Assembly (NCBI RefSeq): GCF_963853765.1
Contig: NC_088862.1
Coordinates: 23,002,001 to 23,066,000, forward strand
DNA from: Magallana gigas
Lineage: Eukaryota
Length of the DNA stretch: 64,000 nucleotides
Direction of reading: 5' to 3'
The translations under genes were made by a program, and so were the position numbers. The notes beneath the pieces are model-generated. The model had not been told where the DNA came from and made no database searches. It saw only the letters and a program-made list of their open reading frames with translations. Below, piece by piece: positions 50,350 through 62,921 of the stretch; the stretch's first letter is position 1, and every line of letters begins with the position of its first letter.

Positions 50350-53300
50350 CGTGAGTGCAGAACATTTTAAATACATGTTTATGAATTGTTTAATTTGAAT
50401 TTTTTTGTAAACAGCTCATTCAGAGACGGTTTGATGGATCAGAGAATTTTTGGAGAAACTGGACAGAATATGAAAAAGGTTTTGGATCTTATTATTCGGA
50501 GTTCTGGTTAGGTACGATATTTGTTAGAAAACAAACTGTGAACGTATTAACGCGTCGGTGGAAATTTTCCCGAGAACTTAAAACCGTGTAGAATACAATT
50601 TACCTACGTGCGTATGACAAGAAAAAACCTTAAGAGTGGCAAATCAAGCAAATGCGTATTTAATACCCAAGCGTATTAAATGATAATGGAATACGCATAT
50701 TTGTGATCGGCTTCGGCCGATCACAGTTGTGTCCATATGAGGCATCCGGCAAATTTAACTCTTTGTGCACGCATTGTGCCTTGCACTATTTTCTTTACTA
50801 TGTAATGACACCCTTATTTAAATCTTTAATAAGACGTAGATTACTAAAACGGTAATCTTATCCGTTTACCCTGAAAATAAAACATCGGTAGAGTTATAAA
50901 CATAATGATTCAAATCACATATGCGTAGGAATATTAATCGGAAGTATAACTCGCCTAATTAAAGTAAAGCTCATTCATGCCTTGCCATTTCGGAAATCAA
51001 TAAAACGGTGCTATATATAGTTCACTTCATGTTGCGAATATCATATAAACATAGCTGACCAATGATATTTCATGCCGATCATTCCTTTAAAAAGGAATAC
51101 TTGTTAACCATTTAACCGTTTTTTGTGTCTGTCATTTTATATATTTCTTAAAGAAAATGATATGTTTATTGTAAGGTAACCAAAACATCCATGAATTAAC
51201 AAATGATGGGTATACGTATCTTAGAATCGAAATGATGGACCAGGACTGTATTTGGAAATATGCAGAGTATTCAACATTTTATGTTGAATCTGACAGCTTT
51301 AAATATAGACTAAACGTAACTGGTTATTCTGGAGATGCAGGTACGTATTCAGACTTTCAAATAGTTTTCCAGTTTTTATTTAATGAGTATGTTGCCCCAA
51401 AAGTGCATGTCAAACTGTTTTACAACACTATAATTATGACTACGCGAAATCATTTCGACAAAACAGACTAGTGGAAAACGTGTTGGCATATTTTGTCATG
51501 GCATAATTATTTANNNNNNNNNNNNNNNNNNNNNNNNNNNNNNNNNNNNNNNNNNNNNNNNNNNNNNNNNNNNNNNNNNNNNNNNNNNNNNNNNNNNNNN
51601 NNNNNNNNNNNNNNNNNNNNNNNNNNNNNNNNNNNNNNNNNNNNNNNNNNNNNNNNNNNNNNNNNNNNNNNNNNNNNNNNATGTTCGTAAGACAATGATA
51701 AATGGTATTAAACTGACGTTGTTATTTATAAACAATTTTACCAAGAATGAAACAGTATCATATAATATGACAATTACAATGATAAATGGCTATAAACTAC
51801 ATCTACTTCACAAGAGTATATGATGTAGCAAATTAAATAAAAATGGCAAGAGCCCATATTACTAACCACAGACCTTTGACTAAAAAGAATGTGCAGCGGG
51901 ACTCATTTCAAAATCCGGATAAATGCATTTGATTGATTAGCTTGCTGATAGAGGGAAGGCACCCGCCACACGCAACAAATTTTGGAAAAGGGATACGGGT
52001 CCCCATGTGGAGCTAGAGTCCTGAATCTCTGGCACTGAAACCGAAAAATTGGATCTGCTTGAGTCTGTATATCCTTTAATGCAGGTAGCTTTGATTTTGG
52101 ATATTATACTTTTAACAAATGAGCACAAGAGGCCTAATCAAGGACATAACCCTTTCAGACTTACTCGACTTGGAGTTGACAATGTGGACTAAGGCCATGT
52201 TGTCGGTATTTATCAATAATTATTTGGCTGCTAATTGTTCTGACCATAACCATATAGCTACAAAGATAGGTATGGTCTCTGCGCAGCTCTAGGTCCCATA
52301 TATCAGGCCAGACTAAACAGTACAATGTTTGTTAAAAAATGCGCCTCCACCACAGGAGCCGCAACTGTCGGTGAAAACTTACAAAGTATCGTTGTTGGAC
52401 AAAATTAATAATTGAAATGGAGTTTAACTATCGCAATTTTGTTCACCTAGTTATAAAAAATCGTCAAGATGAGGAATAATGTCATCATTGCCCGCTATTG
52501 TAGAAACTAGTCAAAGGAGAGAAGTAAATTAGTGTTTAAACGTTGAGCAAGCGATTGTGCAACCAATGGCATATACATTTATCAAAATAGTATTTTCCAT
52601 CAAACAGAAGTCTGGTGGATGGATTGGAATAAGTTGGAAGGCACTGGACAAATCCATTTTGCAAACTTCAGAGCCCTTACCCTAAAACAATATAATTTAT
52701 ATTGCTTGATGGAAAGAAGAATACAAAACGGAACATAATTCATGGTCAATACTGCTGTTGACACCATTACTAACGGATACTTATAGATTTGTTATAAGCC
52801 TCCAACCATAGGTTTTTTTGGTAGCACTCCTACTCGGTTTACACCTTTAATTAGCCATAGGTGGATTTAAAAATGGACCCGACATTCGCCCCCAGTTGAA
52901 CTTCTTTCTAAGTAATAGTTAGAAGTCAATGTTTATGAGAAGCTGCTGATTATACGTTTTTTGTGTATTGATGGTATCCTTAAACCCGTAAAATACGAGT
53001 AACACCCTTTTTGAAACCCATTAAACAAAGAGGTTGCAATATTTTTACATGGATAATCCATAAGGCATTTCTGAAGGTTGTGAATATTAATTAATTTGGG
53101 AATGGTCAAGGCCCAATATATCTCTAGGGAGATGTGGCTTGAATCTAGATCTGACGGAACTTTGAGAGGAATTACGTTGTGGACATGAGTTGAATCGCAA
53201 GGTTGGCTGTGTAATATTGGTCTGAAGGGATCCTTTTAGCTTGCAATAAATACGGTGGTGAGTTTTGTGGCGGTACATGGAGGAATATTGATATAAACAT

Positions 53301-55718
53301 GGATACTTTGTTCAAGAGCCCCTGAAGTAATTAAATAATCGTAACATTTCAAGGTTGAAAGATGCTGAGTGATCATTGGTGCTTGTGATGACATATATGT
53401 ATATATATAACAGTCAGAGTTAAGCATCGATTGAGCCCCAGCAAGTGGGCGTTTGCTTGGACATTTTTTATCTGAATTGCCTGTCATTCTCAATCCAGTT
53501 TGAAGAAGGTCTGCGATTGGCCCCCAAACGTATAGTCTGCATGCTCTTTTGAATGCCCCGGGCGTCATTTGGATACTTTGTAAGGTAGGAACTGGCGAAT
53601 ATTAAGAATGCATCGGTCCATGATTGAATTGAAGTGATTTTGTTTTGATTGGGCTTCGGTTGAAGAACCAAATGATCTTGAACTATAGCAATTTTTTGTT
53701 GATCCCCCGAATCAATATCAGATTGCACGACGATGTACTGTTTTCCCGTATTTTGTCCTGAGTTGTTTCCGAAACACGAAGGCCAAGATTATCGGATACG
53801 CTTACAAGGGGAGTAGAATTACTTACTGATATTGAAACCTAAAGGGACCTTGGACAAATGTGGGAATGGCTGAGGACCAGTGGGGATAGATAGCATTAAA
53901 ATACTTTGAACAGCTATTGGCAAGCGTTAGCATTCCTTACGTCGATGGAGATGCGTCGCTTTGATTTGCAGGTGGGTTGAATATAGATGACCAAGAAGCA
54001 GAACTTGATGAAATCCCAGAGGCAGGAACATGTGCAGATCCTGAGGCAACGCTAGAGGGCGAGGATTGAAACTACATTGGCTGCAGGGTCAAATGAGGGC
54101 GCGGATCCTAAGGCAACTGCATGACAAGAGCTAGAGGGAACATTGGTAGGCCCTGTTTGCGTCGCTGTCACAGAACTGGCTGTGAGAACGCTGGGCATTG
54201 ATACTGTTGCGTTGCTGGAAGCGGGCCGGGTACCACGCGCTTTTAACGGGTGGACATATGGCGACGTGGTCTTACGTTTAGCTCTCAACATGATGTCTTA
54301 AAGGAAAGCAAAAAAAAAACCCGGAAAATTAAATATTTTTCACGTACGTGTAGCTGTTAATTTATTTTATTTATATAATTCATACCTTTCTGATATATGA
54401 TCAATTATCGATAAATATGGATCTTTCAAAGAGAAAATGTAATTAAGTAAATTAGCGATTATTCAATTGACCATATGCATGGCCGAAATTACAAAATTAA
54501 AAACTAGACCCTTATTAAGCAGACATTAAATCTAGATTTTTCAGAAAACTTTCTCTATAAGTAAGGCAAATAAAGATACGACTAATGAAAATATAAAAAA
54601 AAGTAATATGAATTTAGAAATTGCACTTCACTGTTGATTTCGGTAGATTAGATAAGCGATCAGATTATGCGATTTATCCCGACCAGTGTCAGCAGCAAAA
54701 AAGAGGTCGAAACGCTGATTATTTGCACATGTTTCACCAACATTTCCTAATATGGGCAAAAAGGGTTTACAAGGGATATTAAAAGGGTCCTACTAACTAA
54801 GAAGTTATCCTTCCTGGGCTGGCTTACTCTGTTGTCTCAAGAAAGGGACTTAAGTTATTCAATGTTATATAAGAAATACTGATTATACAGATAACAAATC
54901 AATAAAAAGTATACTTGCAGGGTACGTATGTTTATTCATCATATATGATTTTTCTTCACATCAAAGATTGACAGGCATCTTATCGCGTTGTGTTTAGCAA
55001 TTAACACCCCGATATGATACCCTAGGCATGACCCAAAGTGTGATCAGGTCAGGAAGGTTTTTTGAAGTCATTGACCATATTGATAATGACGATGTGAGTT
55101 GAAAATTATTAAAAACACAGATATGAGTGGCCCGGTTTAATTAAGAGGTTTTTGAGTGTTATGAACCGTCCATCCACCCATAGTCCTCAAAATAGAATGT
55201 TGAAGAATAATCACACCTTTATACAAACACATAGATAATGGGTATCAAACTCATTGATGCTGATAAACAAGATTGAAAACTTTTTTTGTATTTAATCGTA
55301 TGTTATGAATACTTATGAGATACTTTGGGATACAAGTGTTGCTTCAAATATTTATTTCGCTTTGTGATAATATGTGGAAGCTTAGATGTTCGTTATAATA
55401 TTACCGTAGTTGGGACATGATTTGAAATGAAAAACAATAATATTATTTTTAATATTTTTATTGTTATTCCGTATTCCAGGAGACAGCATGTGGAAGCATG
55501 ACGGAATGTACTTCACCACATACGACAACGGTAACGATAAATCGGGGGGCAACTGTGCAACAAAATATCATGGAGCGTGGTGGTATAACACATGTCACTG
55601 GGCAAACCTTAACGGGGAATATGGGAGCACTAAATATGGCGAAGGGATCAATTGGAATTCCTGGAGTGGTTTCTATAATTCCATGAAGGAAGTAAGAATG
55701 ATGGTTCGAAAATCTTAG
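49051..55718 (+). CDS. FReD paralog 4: secreted PAN/Apple-like + fibrinogen-C protein, 306 aa; exons 49051-49368, 49453-49471, 50168-50250, 50415-50511, 51176-51340, 55480-55718
   Basis: Exons 318/19/83/97/165/239 nt, open frame, leader [14 protein letters not shown]. The ATG at 49051 was chosen by homology; an in-frame ATG also exists at 49015. The last intron holds an N gap and a DIRS remnant. Confidence 0.92.
51930..54300 (-). mobile_element. Decayed DIRS/Ngaro-type (tyrosine-recombinase class) retroelement in the last intron of FReD paralog 4
   Basis: Minus strand order: S/T/A-rich gag N-terminus (54291-54052); gag core [21 protein letters not shown] (53728-53468); RT remnants [30 protein letters not shown] and HLDDF (about 52460); RNase H remnant [32 protein letters not shown]. 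Many stops and frameshifts; no recombinase ORF seen. Confidence 0.85.
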
Positions 55719-57340
55719 GGATGCAACCTATTAAGAACTCATTAATCAAGGATCGTTCATATCTTTGAAAAGATATGCTTGAAAATATTCAGTTTTTGCT
55801 ACATGTCTATTCATTTGTGCATTCAATGAATTGAAGAATGTTAAATGTAATAAAGCCTGTGTTTAACTTTTCTTCTCTTTAAAACAATGAGTTTATTGTA
55901 TAATAAGAGTCGAATTTAGTTTCACCTCTGGAAGTCAGACTAGCACACTTTTAAAAGTTGAATACCTCATGTCAAGCAGTTTCAATTTAAACATTTCAAA
56001 TCACTTTTATAAGCATATGATAGTTGCACCTCACCGAAATTAAATTAAATGTATAGATGAAGTACTAATATCATCCGTATTGGTTAACTAATAACGTTAG
56101 TTTTTTTTTTTTTTAAACGTAAACCTGCAACATAAAATTTACGCATCCATCACTACATTCTGGGATGCATGAAGATATTTAACCCGTTTCTCCTTTCAAC
56201 TGACAGTTACAAACAGACAAAGATTCTCATAAAATACATTAACTTTTTTTAAATAAATGAAATTATTTGAAATATTTTCTCAAATACAGAAAATAATGAA
56301 TAATTTTTTTAAAAAATAATTTCAATCCATTATTTTAAGAAAAAATGTATAAATCATACCCGTCAATTACTCAAGGCTGAAAAAAAGTTGAGATACAACG
56401 TATTTTGATAATTTCGAAACATTCGGTTGATTGATGTTTAAATGATTTTTGTGCAATTTAGCCTTATAATATTTAAAACTGCGCAACTTGTGGTTTTTTT
56501 TTTTCAAAGTAAAGACTTGAAATTTAGATACAAACACCACTAGTGTTTAGGCGTTATGTCAAACAACTTTCAAGGTCATATCAACAGGTCAAATATTATG
56601 ACGTCATCTATGATTTTTATCAATTTTTACCTCTGTAGATATACTTAAACCTTAATTAATCTAAAATGGATGGTTAAATTGTTTTTATTTTGATATATTT
56701 TAATGACAGGGTCATGACTATTATACTGTTAAATTTTATTCAAATTTGAATAATACATTTTCTTTTTAGATACCGTTTGGTGCTGCAAATTTCCGTCTTA
56801 AAATTCTTAAGCGCTAGTTTTACATTATATCGCATCAGAAAGTATTATAAGCTACCAGCTAGATTTTTTTTCTGTATCCTTAAGTAACAAGAAGGTCTCC
56901 TGTATGAATAGCAGCACAAATATTTGTTATCTCTTGAAAAATAACTTAATGACACAGGATATTATAACAATGACTATTTCATTTTACACTCCACTGAAAG
57001 GAGATTCAAATGGTCTGGTTGGGGCGATGTGGAAAAACATTGTGAGATCGGAAATTTTTCTTCAAAATTTTACATTTTAAAGATTTCATTCCAAAGAAAA
57101 AAATACACAAATTTTCGAAAAATTGAATTATAGGAAAACTTCCGCTTATCTGTTTTGTACTACTTTAAATTAAACAATTTTAAACTCTGATTTATTCACC
57201 ATAAAATTTGTAACTTATGATAACATATCAATTACCAAAATTATCTTTAGACAACGATGATTATTTTCTTGGTGATTGTCCATTTTAAGGTTTGGTTAGC
57301 AATAGTTATTTTGGTATTTGCCAGTTTTGCATAAACGTTA

Positions 57341-57341
<1 letters not shown>

Positions 57342-57414
<73 letters not shown>
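57342..57414. repeat. (TA)n microsatellite; others at about 47875-47900 and 63230-63300; (TCTA)n at 59943-59985; (ATT)n at about 797-855
   Basis: Directly visible. Confidence 0.95.
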
Positions 57415-57416
<2 letters not shown>

Positions 57417-58664
57417 TGCACTATGTAGTGTTTAATTTGTAAAATAACTCCTTGTGTAACTGATTTGCCGTAATATAGTGAATTTGACTTTTAGTAATAA
57501 TAAATCCTCCTTACTGAGCTCTGTGTCTAGTATAGAAGTATGAATAAAATATAAAAAAACATATGTATAAAACCAAACATCGTAATTGCATCATCCATTC
57601 CCAGCAAAGTTAAAATGCATTGACATAAAGTTGCGGACATTTGATGATATTCTTCATTCGGTTTTCTCATCCGAGTCGCTTTGACTAAAGTCGTACCTTT
57701 GTTACCAATTGAATTGAGAGCAAAGTCTAAAAGTCGATAAAAAATCTGATACTATCCAATGGACTTCCTTGTAAGACCCGTGGATTCACATGCTTTTTCT
57801 TGTACAATAGTCTTTTTAAGTTAAGTGTATTTTGAAATTTGATTGTAAAGTAGTATTGTTGGATAACTTTTACAGTCGACCTACCGAAGCCGCGTTCAAT
57901 TATCAATAATACTCAAAACGTCATGCAAATTTCGTATGAAGTTACATGTATAAAGATTTATTTTTGGGTTTCAGTTCTAATCATCAATAGTGCTGCTAGT
58001 GATAAGATCAACTAACAACCGTAAAAAAGGTGCGTTCTTACTAACAAGATGTCCTCGCACGTGTACTAGCTTGTGACCAGCATCATCATTGCGTGGGATC
58101 GGTTAAGTGAAATAAAACCTGTACAACGTCCGAACTAATAATAATGGTTGCATGCAATACGTCAATCTTTACAAAGTCAGTTAATTTAAAAGGTTTTTTC
58201 ACGATTCTGACTCTCATTTTCATTACTTTTAACTTTAATTTATGTACAAAGAAGTTTTTCCAATCCTTTATACGCAAAAAATGAAAACAATTTTTTCCTT
58301 TTACCACATGCATGTGAATGTGTAATTGAAAGGTACACATGCATGCAGTTATTCATTCACCAAAGGCATAATGCACGAAATTCCTTTTGATTCGGTTTTT
58401 TATTTCATGCTATATTTTGAATTGCAAATAGTAAACATACGGAACAAAATAGTTTTTGGACCATTCATTTATATTTCAGATACACAATATGGTCTATATG
58501 CATTGGAAACCTTACAATTATCTAATGTAAGTTAAATAATCATAACAATATTCATAGCTTCATGCAAATTTGGAAAGTTATATTGATTTATTTCAGTGTT
58601 TTATTTTTTACCAAATATTTTGATTCCAGCAATTCTTATGCTACATTCTCTGGTTTTTGATAAA

Positions 58665-58930
58665 TGTAACACCTCCTGGCCTCCTGGTAGAACTTTGTCC
58701 TCGAATTTACCATTCGACCTTTACGAGTAAAGGAAATGTTTTAAAACATATTGCCAGGGAGTGACCATGGGATTTGTACGCTGGATTCAAATTTAACAGG
58801 TTGCAAAAAGTAAAGTCTCAACCGAGTTTCGAACCCAGGGCCCCTGGCATACCGTGCCAGTGCTCTAACCATCGAGCAAATAAGAACCGGTATTTTGAAT
58901 GACAGCCACCCACCTGTTAACCTGGTGACA
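58665..58930 (-). mobile_element. 266-bp TG...CA-bounded element containing a tRNA-like Pol III cassette (solo LTR or SINE-like)
   Basis: Termini TGTAAC...GTGACA with flanks TAAA/TAAT. Minus strand 58880-58820 reads GCTCGATGGTTAGAGC (A box), stem CTGGC-ACGGTAT-GCCAG, then GGTTCGAAAC (B box). Confidence 0.55.
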
Positions 58931-59622
58931 TAATAAGTGTCGTATTGTGTTGAAAGATAAAGAAATACAGCGGAAAGTGGAAACAAACTTTTAGAATTTT
59001 TTTTGGAAAATGTGAACAGCTGTTATATTCAAATTTAATTCAAATGTTGATTTTAACAAAAACCCAGATCTTTGAAACACATCTTAGGTGCTTTTGATGT
59101 CTTATGCCCAATGTTACTTTGTGTAGCTTTGGACAGGATGCTCATTCTTCGACGTATCAATAGATAATATAGCGAATAAATATTTGATCCATGCAGGCTT
59201 TTGTAGTTTGCGTTTTTGTTTAAGCTTCCTTTGATAAACAATCAAAATCCCGAAGACCAAATACCTGAATAAATATTAGTTCATTACTTGATCAACGTAA
59301 AAACATTAAAAACTTTGTATACATAAAAAAAAATGTTTGTTTAATCATCTAATCTTCCTTAGAGCAATATGATCAAAGAAATGAATTTGTCTGTGAACAA
59401 AACTCTGTTAGATTTTAAATGACAAATGATATAGGACGGAGGCTTCAAATGAATTTTATTTTATTTGATTATTTGATAAATGAGATACACACAATTTTTC
59501 AAACATAGAAATCATATAAATCTACGGAGAGGAATTTGAAACCGCCACAAAACGAAATCAATGCAATTGGCATATACACTTAGATAGGAAATTTGAAATC
59601 GGGAAAATATTAGACGGTAACT

Positions 59623-59941
59623 ATGCAGTTTTGTTTGTTAGGCTACTTTCTTACCTTTATTGAAGTGTGTTCCTTTGCTTTCTCACGCGTTACGGTCAAT
59701 AATTTTGTTCGTGAACAATCTGGCGAGATTTCATCCTCTGAGTGTAGTATAGACGAATTTCCTGTAGACAATTCAACAACTTCTCCACAAATGCAATGTG
59801 GATTACCGTGCAGCTCTTCTGACCTGTGTATCAGAATGGAAATCATTGGAGAGGAGGCGAAACAATGTCGTCTTTTGTTTGGATTTGATTTTTTGAAATC
59901 ATCACATAAAACTTCAAAACAAGTCATTCGATATCAAAAGG

Positions 59942-59987
<46 letters not shown>

Positions 59988-62921
59988 ATTAAATCTATAA
60001 ATCATATATAATTAAAAGCATAACATTTTTTAACAATTTCAATAATGAGCACACTAAATAAAACTAATATTCAAGAAGATCGGAAAAAGACATTGTACGC
60101 TATTTTGGGACAACCTTCGTACTTGTAATACAAATGTACAAGTATTTTGGTTTTCTTTATATCATTGTTTTTGATGTTTGATATAGCTTACAGGAACCAA
60201 TACTGGTAAAATTATTTTGCATAAAAAAAAAAAAGAATGTTGTGTGCTTGAGGTGTTTTTTAATATTGATGACATGGAGAAATTCCGTGAATGTCATATG
60301 TGAAAGTTGCAATAGTTTCAATCAGCATATCAATAAAACAGAACATACATGTATCTGAAATGCCAAAAAAATATACCTGGTTTATAGATGAGACTGTTTA
60401 CCCACTCCATGCTTGCCAAAACAACACTATAAAATATTACTTCATCAAATTCAATCAGCTTTATCATTTTACAATTTATGCGGTGTTTTAATCTTTGATA
60501 CGCTAACGAATATCTCTTTTTTGCGCTTCACAAAATTGTAAACATTATTAAAATAATTTATCTTCCTATTTGCATCGGCATTTTTAAGATAAGATATAAT
60601 TATCATAAAGCAAGCAATACAAAAAATAATGTTTCCTTCCATTTTTCTCATTTACATCTACAGACTTTAAAGCAGTTTGTGTTGTGGAGTTCGGAGTTAA
60701 TCAAAACCACTCTCAATTTTGTGATAGTTTATAGAAAAACCGTGCAAGAATATAGATGTTGTTATCATTAAAACACAATAATGTAATATTGTAAAGTTGC
60801 AAGAACGCAAGCGTGATTTTTCTGTCTTTTATATCACTAGGAATGATGTCTTTTACTACATTTGTCATTTTTTTTCGATGTAAAAATTAAAAAGCTCATG
60901 CAGAGACGTATCGATGGATCAGTGAATTTCACGAGAGACTGGGCGGATTATGAAAACGGTTTTGGATGCTTGGGATCCGAGTTTTGGCTTGGTATATTCA
61001 TGTTATCATTTTGTAATAATGCATATCATACATCATAATGTTTTTTTTTTATTAATTTATGTTTCTTATGGCAATCTTAATTTCGTGTTATTGATTCTTT
61101 AATCTATTAAAACAGTAACGACTTCACACAACCAAACACTAAAACGATCCCAAAAAGTTGACCCTCAGTCCTCTTTTTATCCGCTTGGGGTTATCTGGTA
61201 GGGGTTCTGCATTATTAGAAAATTTGGTCTGAGTCCGCTCTGGGTCTGTAATGAACTTGACTAAAACCAACCCTTTTGTTCCGCTTTACACACTAAGTTG
61301 AAGCAGACACGTCTTTTAAAACTGCCCATAAGTCCAAATATTAATCACAAATATGCAGATACATCTGGTTCCTTTCAATGCAAATTTAGTGTCTTTTGAT
61401 GAAATCAGGGTCTGCTTTATGTGTTTATATGACTAATACATGTAACTACTTAGCTCTAGATCTACCATAACAGACCCTGGTATGATTGGAAAACTAGCGT
61501 ATTTCACTAATATCTACTTAAGGTCAGCTCTAGATCTACCATAGCAGACCCTACTTTGATTGGAAAATTAACGTATACCTCATAAAAAATAGTTCAACTC
61601 CAAGCAATTAAAATCAGTTTACTTGATTTCATCCAACTCTATCATAAGTTTATTATCGGAAACAAACATATGGTTTTTTAAAATTGTCAATATATATTTT
61701 CTTTTAACGAAAAATAATGTATACGTTTAGGTAACCGGAATGTTCATGAATTAACAAATGATGGCTATACGTATCTCAGAATAGAACTGATGGACCATGA
61801 CAATGTTTGGAAATATGCGGAATATTCAACATTTAATGTGGAATCTGGCAGCTTCAAATATAGACTCCATGTCAATGGTTATTCAGGAAATGCAGGTAAA
61901 TTAGTTCATATCATGTGAAATCAATTTAATATTGTTGACTGTGAATACCTGTCGACGCTAGATTCACTTATATTCAAATCGTCATTTTGAATTCTACAGT
62001 ATCTCGTTCGCTAATATATAATCATGCCGATTTAAAAAAAACTGTTTTACCTACAAAAACAGTTGTCTTCTTTTTCGTTTTAGGTCTTCTAATTTTATTA
62101 TGCTGTGATTATGCTTATGACAGCACATTTTAAAAAAATAGAAGAACTTTTTAAGAGTTATTAGCAATAGTTTAATTGGATTATTCAGGCAATATGAATC
62201 AAACAATTACCAAATATATTAAATATTTTAAAAGTAAAAAGAGATTACATTCATTCAAAAGAAATTAATGCAGGTTTCTAAATGATTTAAAAGGAAAATA
62301 AAAATAAACTTATTTAGTTTAACTTTAGGCAGATGCACATTACTTAATATGTTATAATAAGGTTGAAACAAAGTTAAAGTTGAATGACTGTACGAAACAT
62401 TTTCAAAATATGTTTTACTTTAAGATTTATTGATAAGTATTAGAAATCATTTATATAATTATAGATATCAAGTACTTTAGACCAAACACATATTTTTGGT
62501 GTTAAGTTTAATACCTGGATTTTGTTAAACTACTGTTATTTCGAAATTCACATTTTTTTTGCAACTTATTGGAAAGCGTATATATTTCCTAAGATCTTTA
62601 CAATAGTAAGGACACGATCTTGATTTGAATTTTTTTTCTTCAAACCGTTTTTCTGTATTTTCGTTATTCTGTATTCCAGGAGACAGTTTATGGCTCCATG
62701 ACGGAATGTCCTTCACTACGTACGACAATGACAATGATAACAATGGGACTGTTAACTGTGGATCACTTTTTCGTGGAGGCTGGTGGTATCATACATGTCA
62801 CACGGCAAACCTTAATGGGGAGTATGGGAACACTATAAAGTCCAAAGGGATCAATTGGTATTACTGGAAAGGTTTCTATTACTCAATGAAGGAAGTCAGA
62901 ATGATGGTTCGAAAACCCTAA
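59623..62921 (+). CDS. FReD paralog 5: divergent PAN/Apple-like + fibrinogen-C protein; exons 59623-59940, 60187-60205, [exon 3 not found], 60895-60991, 61731-61895, 62680-62921; exon-skipped variant or pseudogene
   Basis: All recognisable exons are open with canonical splice sites. No 83-nt exon ending TGGATG|GT and no following (CT)n tract exist between 60206 and 60894. Splicing exon 1 directly to exon 4 (both phase 0) keeps the frame; including the 19-nt exon without exon 3 shifts it. Confidence 0.75.
61450..61575. repeat. Two-copy 74-bp tandem duplication in an intron of FReD paralog 5
   Basis: AGCTCTAGATCTACCATA(A/G)CAGACCCT..TGATTGGAAAA starts at 61452 and 61526. Confidence 0.85.

Noticed and set aside
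53236-53568. 110-aa minus ORF as an independent gene (also 53087-53278)
   Set aside because: Out-of-frame pieces of the decayed DIRS gag/RT region.
58820-58880. Possible functional tRNA gene
   Set aside because: No convincing acceptor stem, the anticodon loop lacks U33, and it is embedded in a TG...CA-bounded repeat. Treated as tRNA-derived.
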